Assembly (NCBI RefSeq): GCF_964213995.1
Contig: NC_135803.1
Coordinates: forward strand, 9,982,001 to 10,046,000
DNA: 64,000 nucleotides
Origin: Mustelus asterias
Lineage: Eukaryota
Direction: 5' to 3'
A model generated the notes under the pieces. That model saw nothing but the letters and a program-made list of their open reading frames with translations. It made no database searches and was not told where the DNA came from. Within the stretch, counting starts at the first letter, position 1. Every line of letters begins with the position of its first letter. Both the position numbers and the translations under genes were made by a program. Positions 24,074-38,229 of the stretch are shown here, piece after piece.

Positions 24074-27000
24074 GTCAGTGAGAGCTTGTTCCACATTTCC
24101 AAATTTGGAAATGCCTGTTCTCGTGAAATAACTTTTTGTGTCATCTCATAGTTTCAGCTGCCGCGCGGTCAGATAATCTGTACATGACGTGTGCTATTCG
24201 ACGGAATAGTCATTGATGCCGGAATAATGCGTTTCTGGCTTTGAGATTTATATTGCATATAGCTCGGGACATTAATGTAAATTACAAAACGGGTCAATGG
24301 CAATTCGCTAGACCAACTGTTATTGAGATTGAACTAAAACATAGATAGATTTTAACTCATTCAAAATCAAAGCAAAATCTGACTTTACAGAAGCACAGCT
24401 AGCTGGGCTCACTAAAACAATTCGTGTGCAAGTGATGAACGTGATCATTTCGGAGATTTTTTTGACATTCATCCATGGGATGTTCTCCTGAGACGGTTGT
24501 GGGAGTTGCCTTCTTGTATCACCGCAGTTCCTGTGGTGTAGGTACACCCACAGTGCTGTTAAGGAGAGAGTTCCAGGATTTTGACTCCGCGACAGTGGAG
24601 GAACAGTGATATATTTCCAAATCAGGATGGTGAGTGACTTCGAGGGGAACTTCCAGTGGTGGTGTTCCCATGTATGTGCTGCCCTTGTCCGAGATGGTAG
24701 CGGTGTGGGTTTGGAAGCTGCTGTCTAAGGAACCTCGGTGAGTTCCTACTGTGCATCTTGTGGAGGGTACACACGGCTGCCACTGTTCGTCGGTACTAGA
24801 GGGAGCAAATGCTTGTGAATGGGTTGCCAATCAAACAGGTGATAGCAAATCGCAAAATAGGTCTCAGCCGTATGAATTGCAGAGATTGTTGGAATTTCAT
24901 TACTTCTCATGTTTCATTCAATCCATGGACAGTTGTTTGTTAACAGATTTCTGTCAAGTTGCCCCATCAGAGGTCATGATGCGTCTTTCCAAACTAACCA
25001 TCTGGGGTTTTCAGGATTGCTACAGACTAGAATACCTGGGCAGTTTGGTCCTTGTACTGAAAGCATACTACAAGCAGGGATTTACGCTGCGGCTGCGGCT
25101 GATATCACTCATTCATTATCGACTGTAGCAGATACCTTTTCAAGATTTTGTGGCAACGATTAGAATTTCTCAAAACAGTAATCTTCAGGCTGCTGTTTGT
25201 AAGTAGCAATGCTGTTACACACAACAGGTCAAAAACTGACCATGTCCATAGCAAGCTGAGACAGCTGAACCCCCCGCCCCCCACCCCCCGCCCAGCACCA
25301 CTACCCCAATATTGTCCGCCGGGACACACGTAACACTTTTCCAGCAAATCAAGGAAATTGAATTGCTTTCTACCAACTATTGCCCCGATGAAAGATCCGT
25401 TTGTTTGTTGCATCAAGACATTTTTGGAATTCGGGGAAACGGACCAGTTATTCTTCCGTGCCATGTTAATATTTATAGAACAGAAAAATAAGCGAGAAGG
25501 ATGGTAAAATACCACGAGGGGGAATGAAGAGAGCGAGTGAATACGAGGCAGTAAGAAAGTCAGAGACGAGATAGTTAGCGAGGCTGAATTCAATTAAATC
25601 TGCAGTTAATGTTCCAAACCGATCATATTTCATCATAACTGTACGTGACGAAATCTATCAACCGCAAACGTTTCTCTCCTCCGCAGATGCTGCCTGACTC
25701 GCTGAGTCTTTCCAACGTTTCCCGATTTTATTTCAGATTTGCCACATCCTCAGAATTTTGCTTTAGTTTTAGAGTCAATTCCAGGAACTGCATGTCAGTG
25801 ATTCAAAAGATTAGCCAATTGTATCAACTACTATATTTGTATTCTTCTTGTGTCCCGCAATGTGGGCTGGTGGGAGATGGAGTAGTGGGTGGTGGGTCAT
25901 ACAAAGTATAAAACACCCGCCGAGAAATGAGAGCAGTATACACCTGACCTAATAAGATAGCTCCCAGAGGCAGCAGTTGTATTGAGAGCGATCTGTCCAT
26001 TGTAACTGATATCCCAGAAGATCGTGTGCCCAAGAGGCGATAGATATCAGCAATGGAACAGACAAAGCTCAGACATGAAAACGCATACTTGAAGTTTCCA
26101 GAAACACTTAATTAACTGGGGCGGGGACGTAAACTTCAAGAGGTCCAAAGATGTGCGAGTTAGGTTGATTGGCCACGCTAAATTGCCCCTTAGTAGCAGG
26201 GGGACTAGCTAAGGAAAAAGCATTGGCGTTATGGGGATAGGAACAGGCTGGAATTGTGGCCGGTGCAGACTTGATGGGCCGAACAGCCTCCTTCTACACT
26301 GCAGGCTTCTATGATTTTAAGTACACATAAATCGTGGAATGTTGGCAGTTAATTGCACCATCACTATTTTGTTTATCTAATCGCAAAAATGGAGCAATTC
26401 CACACCCTTTCCATGCTTAAAAGATTTAACAAGGAAGTTCAATTTAGATAAAAGTGGAAAACAGTTCATCAGCAAAAGTGTATGTGGAAACTTGTACTTG
26501 AGTATTTCATTTTAAATGTACTTGTCCCTCAACCAGAAGTAATGTTTACACTTTTGGTTGGTAGTCTGTTAGTCTGTAAACAATAAACGTTAAAAACGTA
26601 TGAACGGGTTTCAACGAAACTTGCCAGACATACAGGAAGAGTTGAAGAGTTCTTGACAATATGCGGATCTGCATCTGGATCCCCATTTAAAAAAAAGTAG
26701 CGGCTAACATTGAGATATATGCAGATTAAACCTTTTCTTTCGAATGTCGTGGATTACTTATTTAGAATGTTATTCGTTAAAAGTATTTATTAGTGTCACA
26801 CGTAGGCTTACATTAACACGGCAATGAAGTTACTGTGAAAATTCCCGAGTCGCCACACTCGAGTAGCCTGTTCAGGTAGACTGAGGGAGAACTTAGCATG
26901 GCCAATGCTCCTAACCAGCACTTCTTTTGGAGTGTGGGAGGACACGAGAGCACCCGGAAGAAACCCACACAGACAGGGGAGAGCATGCACACTCGGGGAG

Positions 27001-30000
27001 AATGTGCATACTCCGCACACACAGTGACCCAAGCTGGGAATCGAACCCAGGTCCCTGGTGCTGTGAGGCAGCAGTGTTAATCAAATTTTGTTGATTGTTT
27101 TAGAATTTTGTGGATTGTCTTAACTGCTTGTTTGTCGCAGCTATCCAAATGTGAGCAGAATATTCAGAGCAGGTTGTTGAATGTGGATTGGAATTCCCAG
27201 TGAGCTGCACGCTCTTAATAAAAGGTTTTTGTTCAGGATCTTGGTGACAAAACTTCAAAGGGGGAAGGAAAAGCCTAAACGAAGCGGCACGTATTTGTAT
27301 TAAGGTTGGCCGAAACATCATGGCGAAGATATGCAAAATACTGATATGTTTCTTGTTGGTTTTTGATTGCCATCAGCTTTAAGAGCAATAATTAAGTTCT
27401 TGAATACAATGGGGCCAATTTTCCCGTTGGAATTGGCAATGAAAGTGGGAAATGGGGCGAACCATGGAAAGGTCCGTTGATCTCGGGCGGGATTTCCCGG
27501 TTGCGGGGCGAGCGCAGCCAGAAAATCCCGTCCACGGCTCAGAAATAGGACGGTTCGCTCATGAAAAAAGATGACGTCGGGCAGTTGCTACCCTATTTGA
27601 AAATAATTTCATTTCAATGTCATTTATGCGAATTTTTAAAAAAATCTATTTTATCGACACAAACTATATATTTTTTTTACAGCTTTTGGTATAGAGGTAT
27701 GCGTTTCGTGCTGACCATGATTTTCGCCATTGAAGAAATCAACAAGAACCCACGTCTGCTTCCTAATGTTACACTGGGCTACCGGATTTACGATACTTGT
27801 ACCATGCCATTTTTAACTTTGAAATCAGCATTTGAATTTCTAAACAAAGGTGAAGACACGTCTTCCAATTTAGCTTGCAAAAAATCTTCTACCGTCGCTG
27901 CTATCGTCGGCGAGTCTGGATCTTCGCGATCTGCAGCAATGGCCACCTTAATCGGTCCATTCAGGATCCCTATGGTAAGGCATACAATCATCAATGTTCC
28001 GAGCTCAAAGTGCAGAAAGTACAGTTGCTGTCGAAGTAATAGGTTACTTCCATTTATTGTTGGATTATTAGACTCTAATATTCATTATTCCACAAAAATC
28101 TCATGGGGACTAAATCTTGACATAAATATATTTAAGTGCTAACTAACATTGCTAAGAACTGCAATGGTGTGCAGTAATGTTAATGCAAATGCATTTGAAC
28201 TGCGAACAATAATGAGGCAATTTAATTATAGTTTGATAACTTAGCAGGAAAGATTGGAGCTAGATAAGAGAAGGCTGAAAGTTTCCCTGATACTCCGAAG
28301 GAGGTCTTTAAGATTATGAAGTTCTCCGTTAAGGTAGACAGAGAGAACATGTTTCCGCATGTTTTATTATTCACAACTAGTGAACATAAAAATAAAATAC
28401 CCACTAATGATTATAGGAAGGAATTTCAGCTAAAGTTTTTTTTCCAACAAGTCGCGGCGAGCAGGTAGCATTCACTACCGTCTGGGTTATTTGAGGTGAA
28501 TAACAGATATGCACTTAAGGGGAGTTGGATAAGTACTTAGGCAGAAAAGGAACAGGTTATATATTGATAAGGTGAGCTCAAAAGAACGGGTGGTGGGGGG
28601 CGGGGGGTGGGGTAGGGAGTTGGACCTATTGGAGATACTTAAATTTATGAAAGGTTTTAATGGAGTGAAAACATATTTCCTCTTAACAGGAGGATATAAC
28701 TAGGCACCATCGATATAAGATAGTCGCCAAGAAATCTAATACATAATTCAGAAGAAACGTCTTTTCCCAATGACTGATGAGAATGGGGAACTTGCTGCCA
28801 ACGCAAGTTAAAGCAAATAATGCAGACGCATTTATGGGAAATGGAGAATAACATCTGAGAGAGAGAAGTGAATAGACGGTTACAAAGCTTGCTTTAGATG
28901 AGAAAAGCTGAGGTAAGGTGAGAGTGAAGCACGAAGGCCGGCATGGACTTGTTGGGTCGAATAGCCTGTTTCTGTGTCATATGGTATGTGTAACCCCATG
29001 TAGCGTGGAAGGAGGCTCGTCTGGAGCAGTAAGGCTGCATAGATCCGTGAGGTCGAATGGCCTGTCTTTGTGCAGTTGACTCCGATGTACTCCAATGTCA
29101 AGGAATTATTCCTCATATTTAAGGGTATCTTAAACGATTCATGTCAGCAATGCTATTCCGGTTCTCCTTTTATATCTGAATAGATATTAAATATAAATGG
29201 GGGTGGTGGGAGGAGGAGGGGGTAGGGGAGGGGGCATGAAAACCGATCCTGATTTCACACAAACCATTAAGTGATCAGATATTACTTTCTCCTCAGACCT
29301 AAATTGCTCTGTTCCCAGTATCTTGTTCCGGGTTCGCCTACCAGTCTGCCACCCGCACCCTTTGTATGATACTCGGCTGCTTTGCAGATGTTTTATTTTC
29401 GCATTTAATCCCCTCTACCCTATAGGTAACAATTGAGCGTCATCTGGTTCTCTTGCACTGTCGGTTCACATTAGGAATCTTACTAATTAAATTTGCTGAA
29501 GAACTTCAATAGAAAACTTATTACCTTGAATGTAATTTGCCGTGAGACTTGCCTTGTGTATTAGTTAAATTCACGCTGCCAAATTACATTAGAATAATTC
29601 GCACAGACGGAGATTATCCAATCCATTCTGCACGTGCAGCCTTATTGGAGGATCGAACCAATTAATGCAACTCTCCTACATTTTCCCTTCCATTTTTCCA
29701 TTCGTGTAGATATCAAATTATTTTCTCTACTATGCAGAGTACTGTTTCTTGCTGTCTATATTTTCCACTTGACTGACGCCCCCAATCTCTGACATCTTTC
29801 CAGTAAATGTCCTCTGAACTTTCTCCTAAGACTGGAAACCTCGAGCCGAAAATGCTGGGCAGACACAGCAGTTTCTTGCAGAAGAGGAAACGGTTACAGT
29901 TTTAACTCTTCATTTAGGATATCTGCGACATTTCGTGCAGTGTTTCCATAACCTCATCCCTTCTCGCAGTTGAATATTGTTCTGGAAGTGAATGAAAATG

Positions 30001-33000
30001 GCAGGCGGGACGGAGTGTAATGCATATAACTAGAATTATCATTGTCCTCAGAGTGAAATTTGACATGATTACATTTGAATTCTCCACAGGTCAGCTACTT
30101 TTCCACCTGCGCATGCCTGAGTAACAGGAAGAAATATCCATCATTTTTCAGAACCATACCAAGCGACTATTTCCAGGCGAGAGCCTTAGCCCAACTCGTA
30201 AAGCGTTTTGGTTGGACATGGATCGGGACGATCAAAAACAACGATGATTACGGTAACTTTGGGATGCAAGCTTTCACCGAAGCTGTCCAACAATTAGGTG
30301 TTTGCATTGCTTTCTCCGAATCCATTCACAGAACAGACCCCAGAGACAAGTTACTGAGAATCGTAGATGCTGTAAAGAAATCTTCCACGAAAGTTGTTGT
30401 GGCATTCGTTGCTTCTAAAGAAATGATAATTTTACTGAATGAGATTGTCCGACAGAACGTGACGGGTGTGCAATGGATAGGAAGCGAGGCTTGGGTATCC
30501 ACGCAATTTCTACCTCCGGAAGAAAGCAGACGATTTGTCTCCGGCACACTCGGAGTCGCAATTCGCCAGGTCGATATACCAGGACTGAGAGAATTTCTCA
30601 TGGATGTCCATCCTTCTCTGTATCCAGGCAACCTTTTAGTGAATGAGTTTTGGGAATCAACTTTTGGCTGCACGGTGATGAGTACAGCGAACAAAACAGA
30701 TCAAGTGCAACCTGCTTCGTTGAAAAAATGCACTGGGAGTGAAGTTTTACAGACAGTACACAATAAATTTACTGGTGTTTCGCAGTACAGGGTTACTTAC
30801 AATGTATATAAAGCTACGTACGCAATAGCCCACGCTCTTCACAATATGCTGTCGTGTGAAAATGGCAACGGACCATTTCCCCAAAAAGGTTGTGCAAATA
30901 TCTCAAGTTTTCAACCTTGGCAGGTAAGGCGGTCAATGTTTAAGTTTAAGTTTTGTTTTAAGTTCATGCCTTCAAGTATACTTGTTAGTGTCAGAAATTG
31001 GCTTAATTAACACTGCATTGAAGTTACTTTGAAAATCCCCTAATCGCCACACTCCGGCGCCTGTTCGTATACACTGACGTTGAATTTAGCATGGTCAATA
31101 TGCCTAATCAACACACTTTTCGGACTGTGGAAGTGAACCGGAGCACCGGGAGGAAACTCACGCAGACACAGTGAGAACGTGCAGACTCCACACAGACAGT
31201 GACCCACATCGGGGGTGGAACCCAGGTCCCTGGCGTTGTGAGGCAGCACTATTTATCACTGTGTCGCCGGTAATATTTAAGCAGCCGGATAATTTAAAAT
31301 TAGTATGTTTATAAACTGTTTAAGTTCTTATAGGAAATAAAAGCGATATTAAATGTCTCACGTTTCTTCCAAATAAAATGTTGTTAAATTCTCCTTTCTC
31401 GATTCTATTTCAAAGCTTCTGCATTATATGAAAACAGTCAATTTTACTACCAAGATCGGTGAAAATATCTATTTTGATGAAAATGGAGACCCGGTGGCCA
31501 CATATGATATCGTAAACTGGCAGCCCAATTCCGCTGGCGGGGTGGATATTGTAGGCGTTGGAGTCTATGACGGATCAGCTCCCCCAGGCCAGGCATTTGT
31601 GATAAAGGACGAAGCAATTGTATGGAATGGAGGTCAGATTACGGTAGGGACAATAAGGAGACACAAGTGCGCCAAATGGTGCGGTTGAAATCGAACATAT
31701 AAGCCGTTCACCTTCCTGAATGCAATTGTCTTGAAATTCCAGTGAAGCTTGAATACACATATTAACCTAAGTGAGTAGACTGCTGTTGTTTAGACAGTTA
31801 AACTTGTGTCAAAAATTAAAATATACTCTAGGAGGGTGATGTTTCGGGGAATGCATGAGGGAATTTTAGTTCTAGTGCTGAATGGTATCATGAATAACGT
31901 GAACAATTTATTCGTGTGAAATTCTTGCATGAGACGCCCAGGTTGGTCTGTATAAGTGCCTCTAAATTTAAGACTGTGAATTGTATGGTCAATTCTGAAT
32001 TTTTCCAGGACGATATCATGACGACACTTAGCTGTGTGCCAGTAAGTCAACTAGCCGGCACGTGTGACATCTACTGTGATGATTTGAGACCAATGAAGTT
32101 TGCTAGTGCTGTTGGGAAGGGTTTGAACTAACTTGGCTTGGGAGTGGCATTCTGAGACAAGATTCAGCAGGGGGCGATGCAGAGCCAAAATTTGTAGAGT
32201 CAGCAAGTGAGGCATTGACGTTATAGACCACTTACGGCACAGGCGAGTTTGGCAAGATTGGATGGTATTTATTATAATGAAAAAAGTCTGCCGAGAAAGG
32301 CAGATGAGTTGAGGGCACAAACTAAATCATGGACGATTAGTATCATTGCTCAGAGGTGGTTGAGGCAACGGCAGGGTTGGCAGCTTAATATTCCTGGATA
32401 TAAAATTTTCAGGCGAGACAGGGAAGGAGGTTAAAGATGAGGGAGTGTCCGAATTTTAATCAGAGTGTCAAATTCAGCAGTTATGACGGACAACATCTTA
32501 GAAGGCTCTTTCAATTAAGCCATACGTGTCGAACTTAACAACCACAAGGGAGCAAGCACATTGCAGGGTATGTTCTATAGCCCCCCTAACAATCCGAGAG
32601 GAACATAAGGGCAGATATGTAGGCAAATTTCAGAGAAAAGTGAAAGTAAAAGGTTAGTGGTAGTGGTTTCAACTTCCCCTGCATTATCTGGGGTAGCCAT
32701 AGTGCGATAGGTCTTGTGGAAGCAGAATTCTTAAAATTTGTCCAGGAGAACATTTTAAGCTGCTGTGTACAAGGTCCCAGACGATAGGGCAGACCTGGAC
32801 TTAATTTTAAATAACAAAGCCGGGCAAGTGGTTGAAGTATCAACGGGGCAGCATTTTTCAGACAGCGATTATCACTCCGTTAGATTCAATATTGTTATGG
32901 AAAAGCACAGCGATGGGGCAGAAATCAAAGTTCTAAACTGGGGCAAGGCCGATTTTAATAAGATCCTTCTCAGATATTGTGTCTACTATATAACATTATA

Positions 33001-35410
33001 TTGATCGACGTGTAAAAATGCTGGCAATGAAAATATTTATGATAAAAACAACCTCAGTCGTAAAAGTTTTCGTCGTAAATGTATTGCGATTCTTGGCAAT
33101 CATATCACTATCGATTTGGGACTTTATTTTTTAATATTCTTCAATCTATAAATAAACCACGAATCTCAGAAGCCGTCAAAGAGTGTTAGGGCAACGTAGT
33201 CACTTATTTTCTACGTTACAATCTTCTCCAATGATATTGAACAGCTTCCAGCCGGTTTTTTGCTGAACCTGAGATGATGACAAGTATGAGCATGCGTGTA
33301 GCAGGCTCCTCAGAGGGGGTTGTGGAGCGGCTCTGTGTCACTGCTGCCTCACAGCGCCAAGGACCCGGGTTCAATTCCGGCCTGGGGCCACGGGGTCTGT
33401 GTGGAGTTTGCAAGTTCTCCTCGTTTCTGCTTGGGTTTCCCCCGGATGCTCTGGTTTCCTCCCACAGTGCAAAAGTGTGTGGGTTAGGCGGATTGGCCGT
33501 GTAAATTAACCCTCGCGTCAGGGGCATTAGACGGGGCAATATGTGGGGTTACGGGAATAGGGCCTGGGTGAGATTGTGGTCGATGCAGACTCAACGGATT
33601 CAATTGTTTCCTTCGGCACTGTAGGGATTCTATGTCTCTACTCGCCTTGGTCCTGCACAAAGGAACTGGCTGCTAAAACTTCAGAACTCCACCGACAGAT
33701 AATGCGGCCTTTTTAATTGTAAAAATAGACACTCTCACCTTCCTTCGCTAATTACAAAGTTCAAAATTACATTAGTTTTATGTCTATTATTTCATTTCCC
33801 CGACCTCGTCTTTAAATCCTCGAAATTTTCAGTTGGGTTTATAAGACATGACCTACGTTTTACAAATCCGCAATAGTGTCTCTAACTAGGTGAAATGTTT
33901 CCAAGTGCCCAGTCTTTCTGTTAGTAATTATAGATTCCAACAACCGCCCCGCAGCTGGTGTTAAGCGAACACATTTGGAATGACGTGAATTCTCCTTTTC
34001 ACCGTCTTTCAGTAATGGACTGAACTTCGAAACATCACGGGATTAATAATAAAGTGACTTTCTCTTCTTTATAATGAGGTTCCAAGAGCAGTTTGCTCCG
34101 AAAGTTGCCCACATGGGACGAGAAAAGCCTCAAGGAAAGGACAGCCCATTTGCTGCTTTGACTGCATAAAATGCGCTGATGGTGAAATTAGCAACAGCAC
34201 AGGTACAGACAACGGGGGGGGGGGGGGGGGAATTGCATTGTGTGGCTCTGTGCTTGGTGAGAACTGATTTCCTCTGATCTCTCAGAGAAAACAAATGGCG
34301 TAAAGGAGCATATTTAAGAGACATTGGATTTTTCCCTTGAAACGCAGACATTAAACAAATTATTGCTTTATTTGCTGTGTTACGAACAAAGAGCGGGAGA
34401 AATTTTGCCGCTGGGATTTTTAATAACTATTGTTTAGCGTAAATATAGTTTTCTTTCTTGCTAGTTTTATGTTCTATGTATTTATGTTTCTTTCAGATTC
34501 TCCAGATTGCATGAAATGCCCATGGGAATACCGCTCGAACCGACAACGAGACGAGTGCATATTCAAGGAGATTGAATTTCTTTCTTTTGGCGACCTGATG
34601 GGGATTATTTTGGTGACATTGGCGTTGTTTGGAGCCTCTCTAACGATCGGTGTATTTGTGTTGTTTTATGCATACAGAGATACTCCTATCGTTAAAGCTA
34701 ACAACTCGGAGTTGAGTTTCCTGCTTCTTTTTGCATTGATTCTGTGTTTTCTGTGTTCGATTACATTCATTGGAGAACCTTCCCCCTGGTCTTGTGTGTT
34801 ACGTCACACAGCATTTGGCATCATTTTTGTTCTTTGCATTTCTTGCGTTTTGAGCAAAACAGTTGTTGTGGTGATGGCATTTAGTGCAATTCTTCCAGGC
34901 AGTAAGAAGATGAGGTGGTTTGGGCCTGTTCAACAACGCCTTTCTGTTTGTGCACTTACATTAGTGCAATGTTTAATCTGCACGCTTTGGCTAAGAATAT
35001 CACCTCCTTATCCTCTAAAGAACAGTGATTATTTTAAGGAAATCATTGTTTTTGAATGCAATGTAGGTTCGCCGATAGCCTTTTATTGTGTGCTTGGCTA
35101 TATTGGATTTCTGTCTTGTGTGTGTTTTGTGATGGCTTTTCTTGCTCGACAACTTCCAAACAATTTCAATGAAGCTAAACACATCACGTTTAGCATGATT
35201 ATCTTCTGCGCTGTCTGGATAACTTTCATTCCAGCCTATATAAGTTCCCCAGGTAAATATGCCGTAGCTGTGGAAGTGTTTGCGATTTTGGCATCCAGTT
35301 TTGGCCTGGTTTTCTGTATTTTTGCTCCCAAATGCCACATTATCCTGCTGAAAAAAGAAATGAACACCAAGAAGCATATGATGGATAAAATGGCTTCCAA
35401 GGATCTTTAA
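23850..35410 (+). CDS. V2R/OlfC vomeronasal type-2 receptor gene B (CaSR-like class C GPCR), six exons, predicted 871 aa, apparently intact
   Basis: Exons 23850-24073, 27683-27974, 30090-30923, 31416-31643, 34079-34202 and 34497-35410 sum to 2616 nt (872 codons) with compatible phases. Confidence 0.92.
24460..24840 (-). mobile_element. LINE 3' fragment (same family as 18490-19095)
   Basis: ggtacacccacagtgctgtt...ttccaggattttgac...ggtggtgttccca; ortholog at about 60480-60860. Confidence 0.6.
26141..26318 (+). mobile_element. HE1-type SINE 3' half
   Basis: ccaaagatgtgcgagttaggttgattggcc...gcagacttgatgggccgaa; ortholog at 61995-62171. Confidence 0.75.
26785..27080 (-). mobile_element. V-SINE with alternative tail
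   Basis: HE1-like head with tail cttacattaacacggcaatgaagttactgtgaaaatt; ortholog at 62655-62930. Confidence 0.8.
27411..27533. mobile_element. Short GC-rich MITE-like element
   Basis: Similar to 729-850; ortholog at 63264-63383. Confidence 0.55.
27683..27974 (+). CDS. V2R gene B exon 2
   Basis: [29 protein letters not shown] and [11 protein letters not shown] motifs; 292 nt. Confidence 0.93.
30090..30923 (+). CDS. V2R gene B exon 3
   Basis: [41 protein letters not shown] and QPWQ motifs; 834 nt, open. Confidence 0.95.
30955..31270 (-). mobile_element. V-SINE with alternative tail
   Basis: Same head and tail as 26785-27080. Confidence 0.8.
31416..31643 (+). CDS. V2R gene B exon 4
   Basis: [10 protein letters not shown]...[18 protein letters not shown]; 228 nt. 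Confidence 0.93.
32240..32965 (+). mobile_element. Degenerate CR1 APE-endonuclease fragment
   Basis: [27 protein letters not shown]...SDYHSVRF and LNWGKADF motifs. Confidence 0.8.
33330..33640 (+). mobile_element. HE1-type SINE
   Basis: cactgctgcctcacagcgccaaggacccgggttcaattcc...cactgtagggattctatg. Confidence 0.8.
34079..34202 (+). CDS. V2R gene B exon 5 (NCD3G)
   Basis: [41 protein letters not shown]; 124 nt. Confidence 0.92.
34497..35410 (+). CDS. V2R gene B exon 6 (7TM)
   Basis: [25 protein letters not shown] and FAPKC motifs; AATAAA at 35513. Confidence 0.95.
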
Positions 35411-36961
35411 TTCTGCCTCCAAGGGTTTGTAATGCAACCTCGCTGAAGCAAATGTATTCACTCGTAGTAAATTCTGTTATCATCATTTTAATGTTACGAA
35501 TTTGAACATTGGAATAAACTACAAAGTACTTGCAAAATGTGGAAATTTTGCTCTGGACAAATGTAACTTTGTGGGTGCTTGTACTCAAATCAGTCATCAC
35601 TTTTTAAATAAACGTCTCTTGTTCTTTCATAGTCGGAGTGTGTTTGGGATACAGGCGGAGGAGGAAGTGTAGGAGGGAACAGAGAAGAAAGATGGGAGAT
35701 CACCACAGAAGGTGGTCGAGTGGAACACAACAATACTTCAATGCTAACCTCACCAGGCCTTGATGAAAATATAAATTTGTTTTTAGAAATGAATGTAAGG
35801 TGCTGATAAATAATTCTGTCTCTTTTCGCAATTTTTGTTTCATTTGCATTTCATTTCCAGAAAGGTTTGTGCGCCACGAAACACTAGCTTGTATTTAATT
35901 GAAAGCCAGGATATGCCTGCAAAGGAGAAAGGCTTGTTTGATATAATGTGAGGACAGACATGCAAACCAGTGGGGGAAAGGTCAAGTCTTGTTGTATCCA
36001 CGAAATAAAGTTTATTAACATGTAAACAAGCACCACAGGACAGGCCACAATGCAATATCAAGGATCACATAACTTCAACAATCACAAACACACTATTCAT
36101 CTGCAATTAACTCCGGATGTCACTGAGTGACGGCAGGATATCCATACAGGGGGAGGGCGGGGGGCAATCAGCCAGAAGTCGTAATCCACAATTACATAGA
36201 TAAGTAGGGGACGAGGTTCTGGTAGCAGATTTCAGAGAGTTGCAAAATAAATTTAAAAGAGGCTCAAGAATAGTAGTCTCAGGATTATTCGCAGTTCCAA
36301 GTACCAGTGATAATAGTAATATGAGGATTGATGGATTAAATACGTGGCTGGAGAAATGGTCATGGAGGGATGCCATCAGCTTTCTAAGGTAGTGGGACCA
36401 GTTTTGAGGTAGGTTACATCTTAGCAGGGTTTACCATGGATGTCCTAGCAGGAAGGATGCTGGTGTCGTGGGGTTGGGTTTGAATTAGTTTATCAGGGGC
36501 ATGGGAACTTGAAGGATGGTCCAAATCGGAAGGGAGTAAACTTGGGTAACAGGATGTAATAATGGGGCTAGAAGGCAAGAACAACATAGAAAATAACTGA
36601 GTGTGCGTCAAATGTGGAGTGGTGTCAAACATACGGAGTTAACGGAGCTCCACCTGAATATACACAGCATTCGTAACAATGTAAATGATCTGAAGGCATA
36701 ATTACTGATAAATGGATATGACATAATTGTCATGGTGGAAACATGGTTGCATGGTGAACAAGACTGGGAACTGAATATCCAAACATATTCGACTGTTAGG
36801 AAGGAGAGACCAGAAGGGAAAGGAGGTGGGTTTGGCTGAGAATAGGGGCTGAGATCCGTGCAGTGATAAGGGAGAATCGGAAGAACAATGTGCAGAATCT
36901 GCTTGGATGGAGCTAGGATGCATCAAATTACAGCGGACATTGCTTCAACTTGGTTTTAGGC

Positions 36962-38229
36962 TGTTATGATCTGTTGTAACTGGATGGGGAGATCCCAGAT
37001 TGGAACCCTGAATTTTTTAGAAAACGTGGAGGAACAGAGTCGCAGGGCCACTGATTAGTTTTAACGACAATACAAAACTGTTAAACATGAAAAGTTTTCT
37101 TATAATGCAATTTTCCTTTATTCCCGCTTAGTTTCACAAATATATATGTATTTTAAGGTTTCCATGGAACACACAGTATATCTTAGGCTACAATGTTCTC
37201 AGGGACACACTGTCCCTTTAAACACACAAGCTGCTTATGGTCAGACACACTCCAATCTACACCCGAGTGAATTTCTGTGGATTTCTCTTCAAAGTCCCCC
37301 TCCCCAGAAGATTCTTACACAATGAACCATCTTGTTTCACTGAACTTTAGTTTCCACGTGAGCAATTTCAAATTCCACTTTCAAAAGATCCACATCCAAA
37401 TATTCTTGTAAACAATGTTGTCCCTTGGTTGTTTGTGTTAAAAATCCATTCCAGGTTTTCCAAAGTATTGTTTCAGACAAAACGTCTGCTCCACGTTTAA
37501 CTAGGAATCCAGCATCCTGGTTTGACATCTCCATCTTCAGGATTTTCTTGTCTTGACTGTTGCACAAAGTCTTCACAATTTCTTTACCTGTCGCTTCCCA
37601 AACTGTTAAGATAGCACCAAACATTTGATTTAACTCTGGAGTCTGCCTCCCAACTGTAAATCTGGTACAACAGCCGTCCCTTCAAAAAAGAACAATTTAT
37701 TTGTTTTCCCCTTGAAATCTCCTGAAGATGAACCCCTTGTTCCACTTCTTGGTCTCTGTTCTCTTAACTTCAGTCTTTCTAAGACATTCTTTCTGTCTCA
37801 ATTCCCTGGTTGTCTGGAGAATATCCGGTTCTTTGAGAAGTCTCCTTATTTTTGCAGTTCAATATGTGTGCTAGCAGAGTTCAGAGTGTTCACTCACTAG
37901 CATTCTATCTCCAACTGGCCTGGATTGCAGTTGAACTAAGAACAAAGAAAATCCCACTGGAAAGTGGTCCCTAGTTCCTAAACAACTGTTTTTACTTCTC
38001 CAAGCTGTTTTTTGCTTTTCACATCATAACCTCTCTAAGCACAATAGAAGTACTGTTTGAATTGAAATTAAACCACCCGATACATATGATGACCTTTGTC
38101 CAGCAGGAAACTAACTGCAGATCGGATTACATAGAAGGACTAAATGAAAAACACCTGAAACTATATCTTCTTTCCCATATTTACCAATACAAATATTAAT
38201 TCCTTGAAAATACCTTTGTTTTCCTGACA
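36962..38229. mobile_element. Solo LTR (1268 bp; Gypsy- or ERV-like)
   Basis: Begins TGTTA and ends TGACA, flanked by a 4-bp TSD aggc (36958-36961, 38230-38233). Removing it restores the CR1 endonuclease RPS motif. Confidence 0.75.

Noticed and set aside
23850-35410. Calling the gene CASR or GPRC6A
   Set aside because: The tandem multi-copy arrangement, short C-tail and motifs fit V2R/OlfC; orthology cannot be assigned without a phylogeny.
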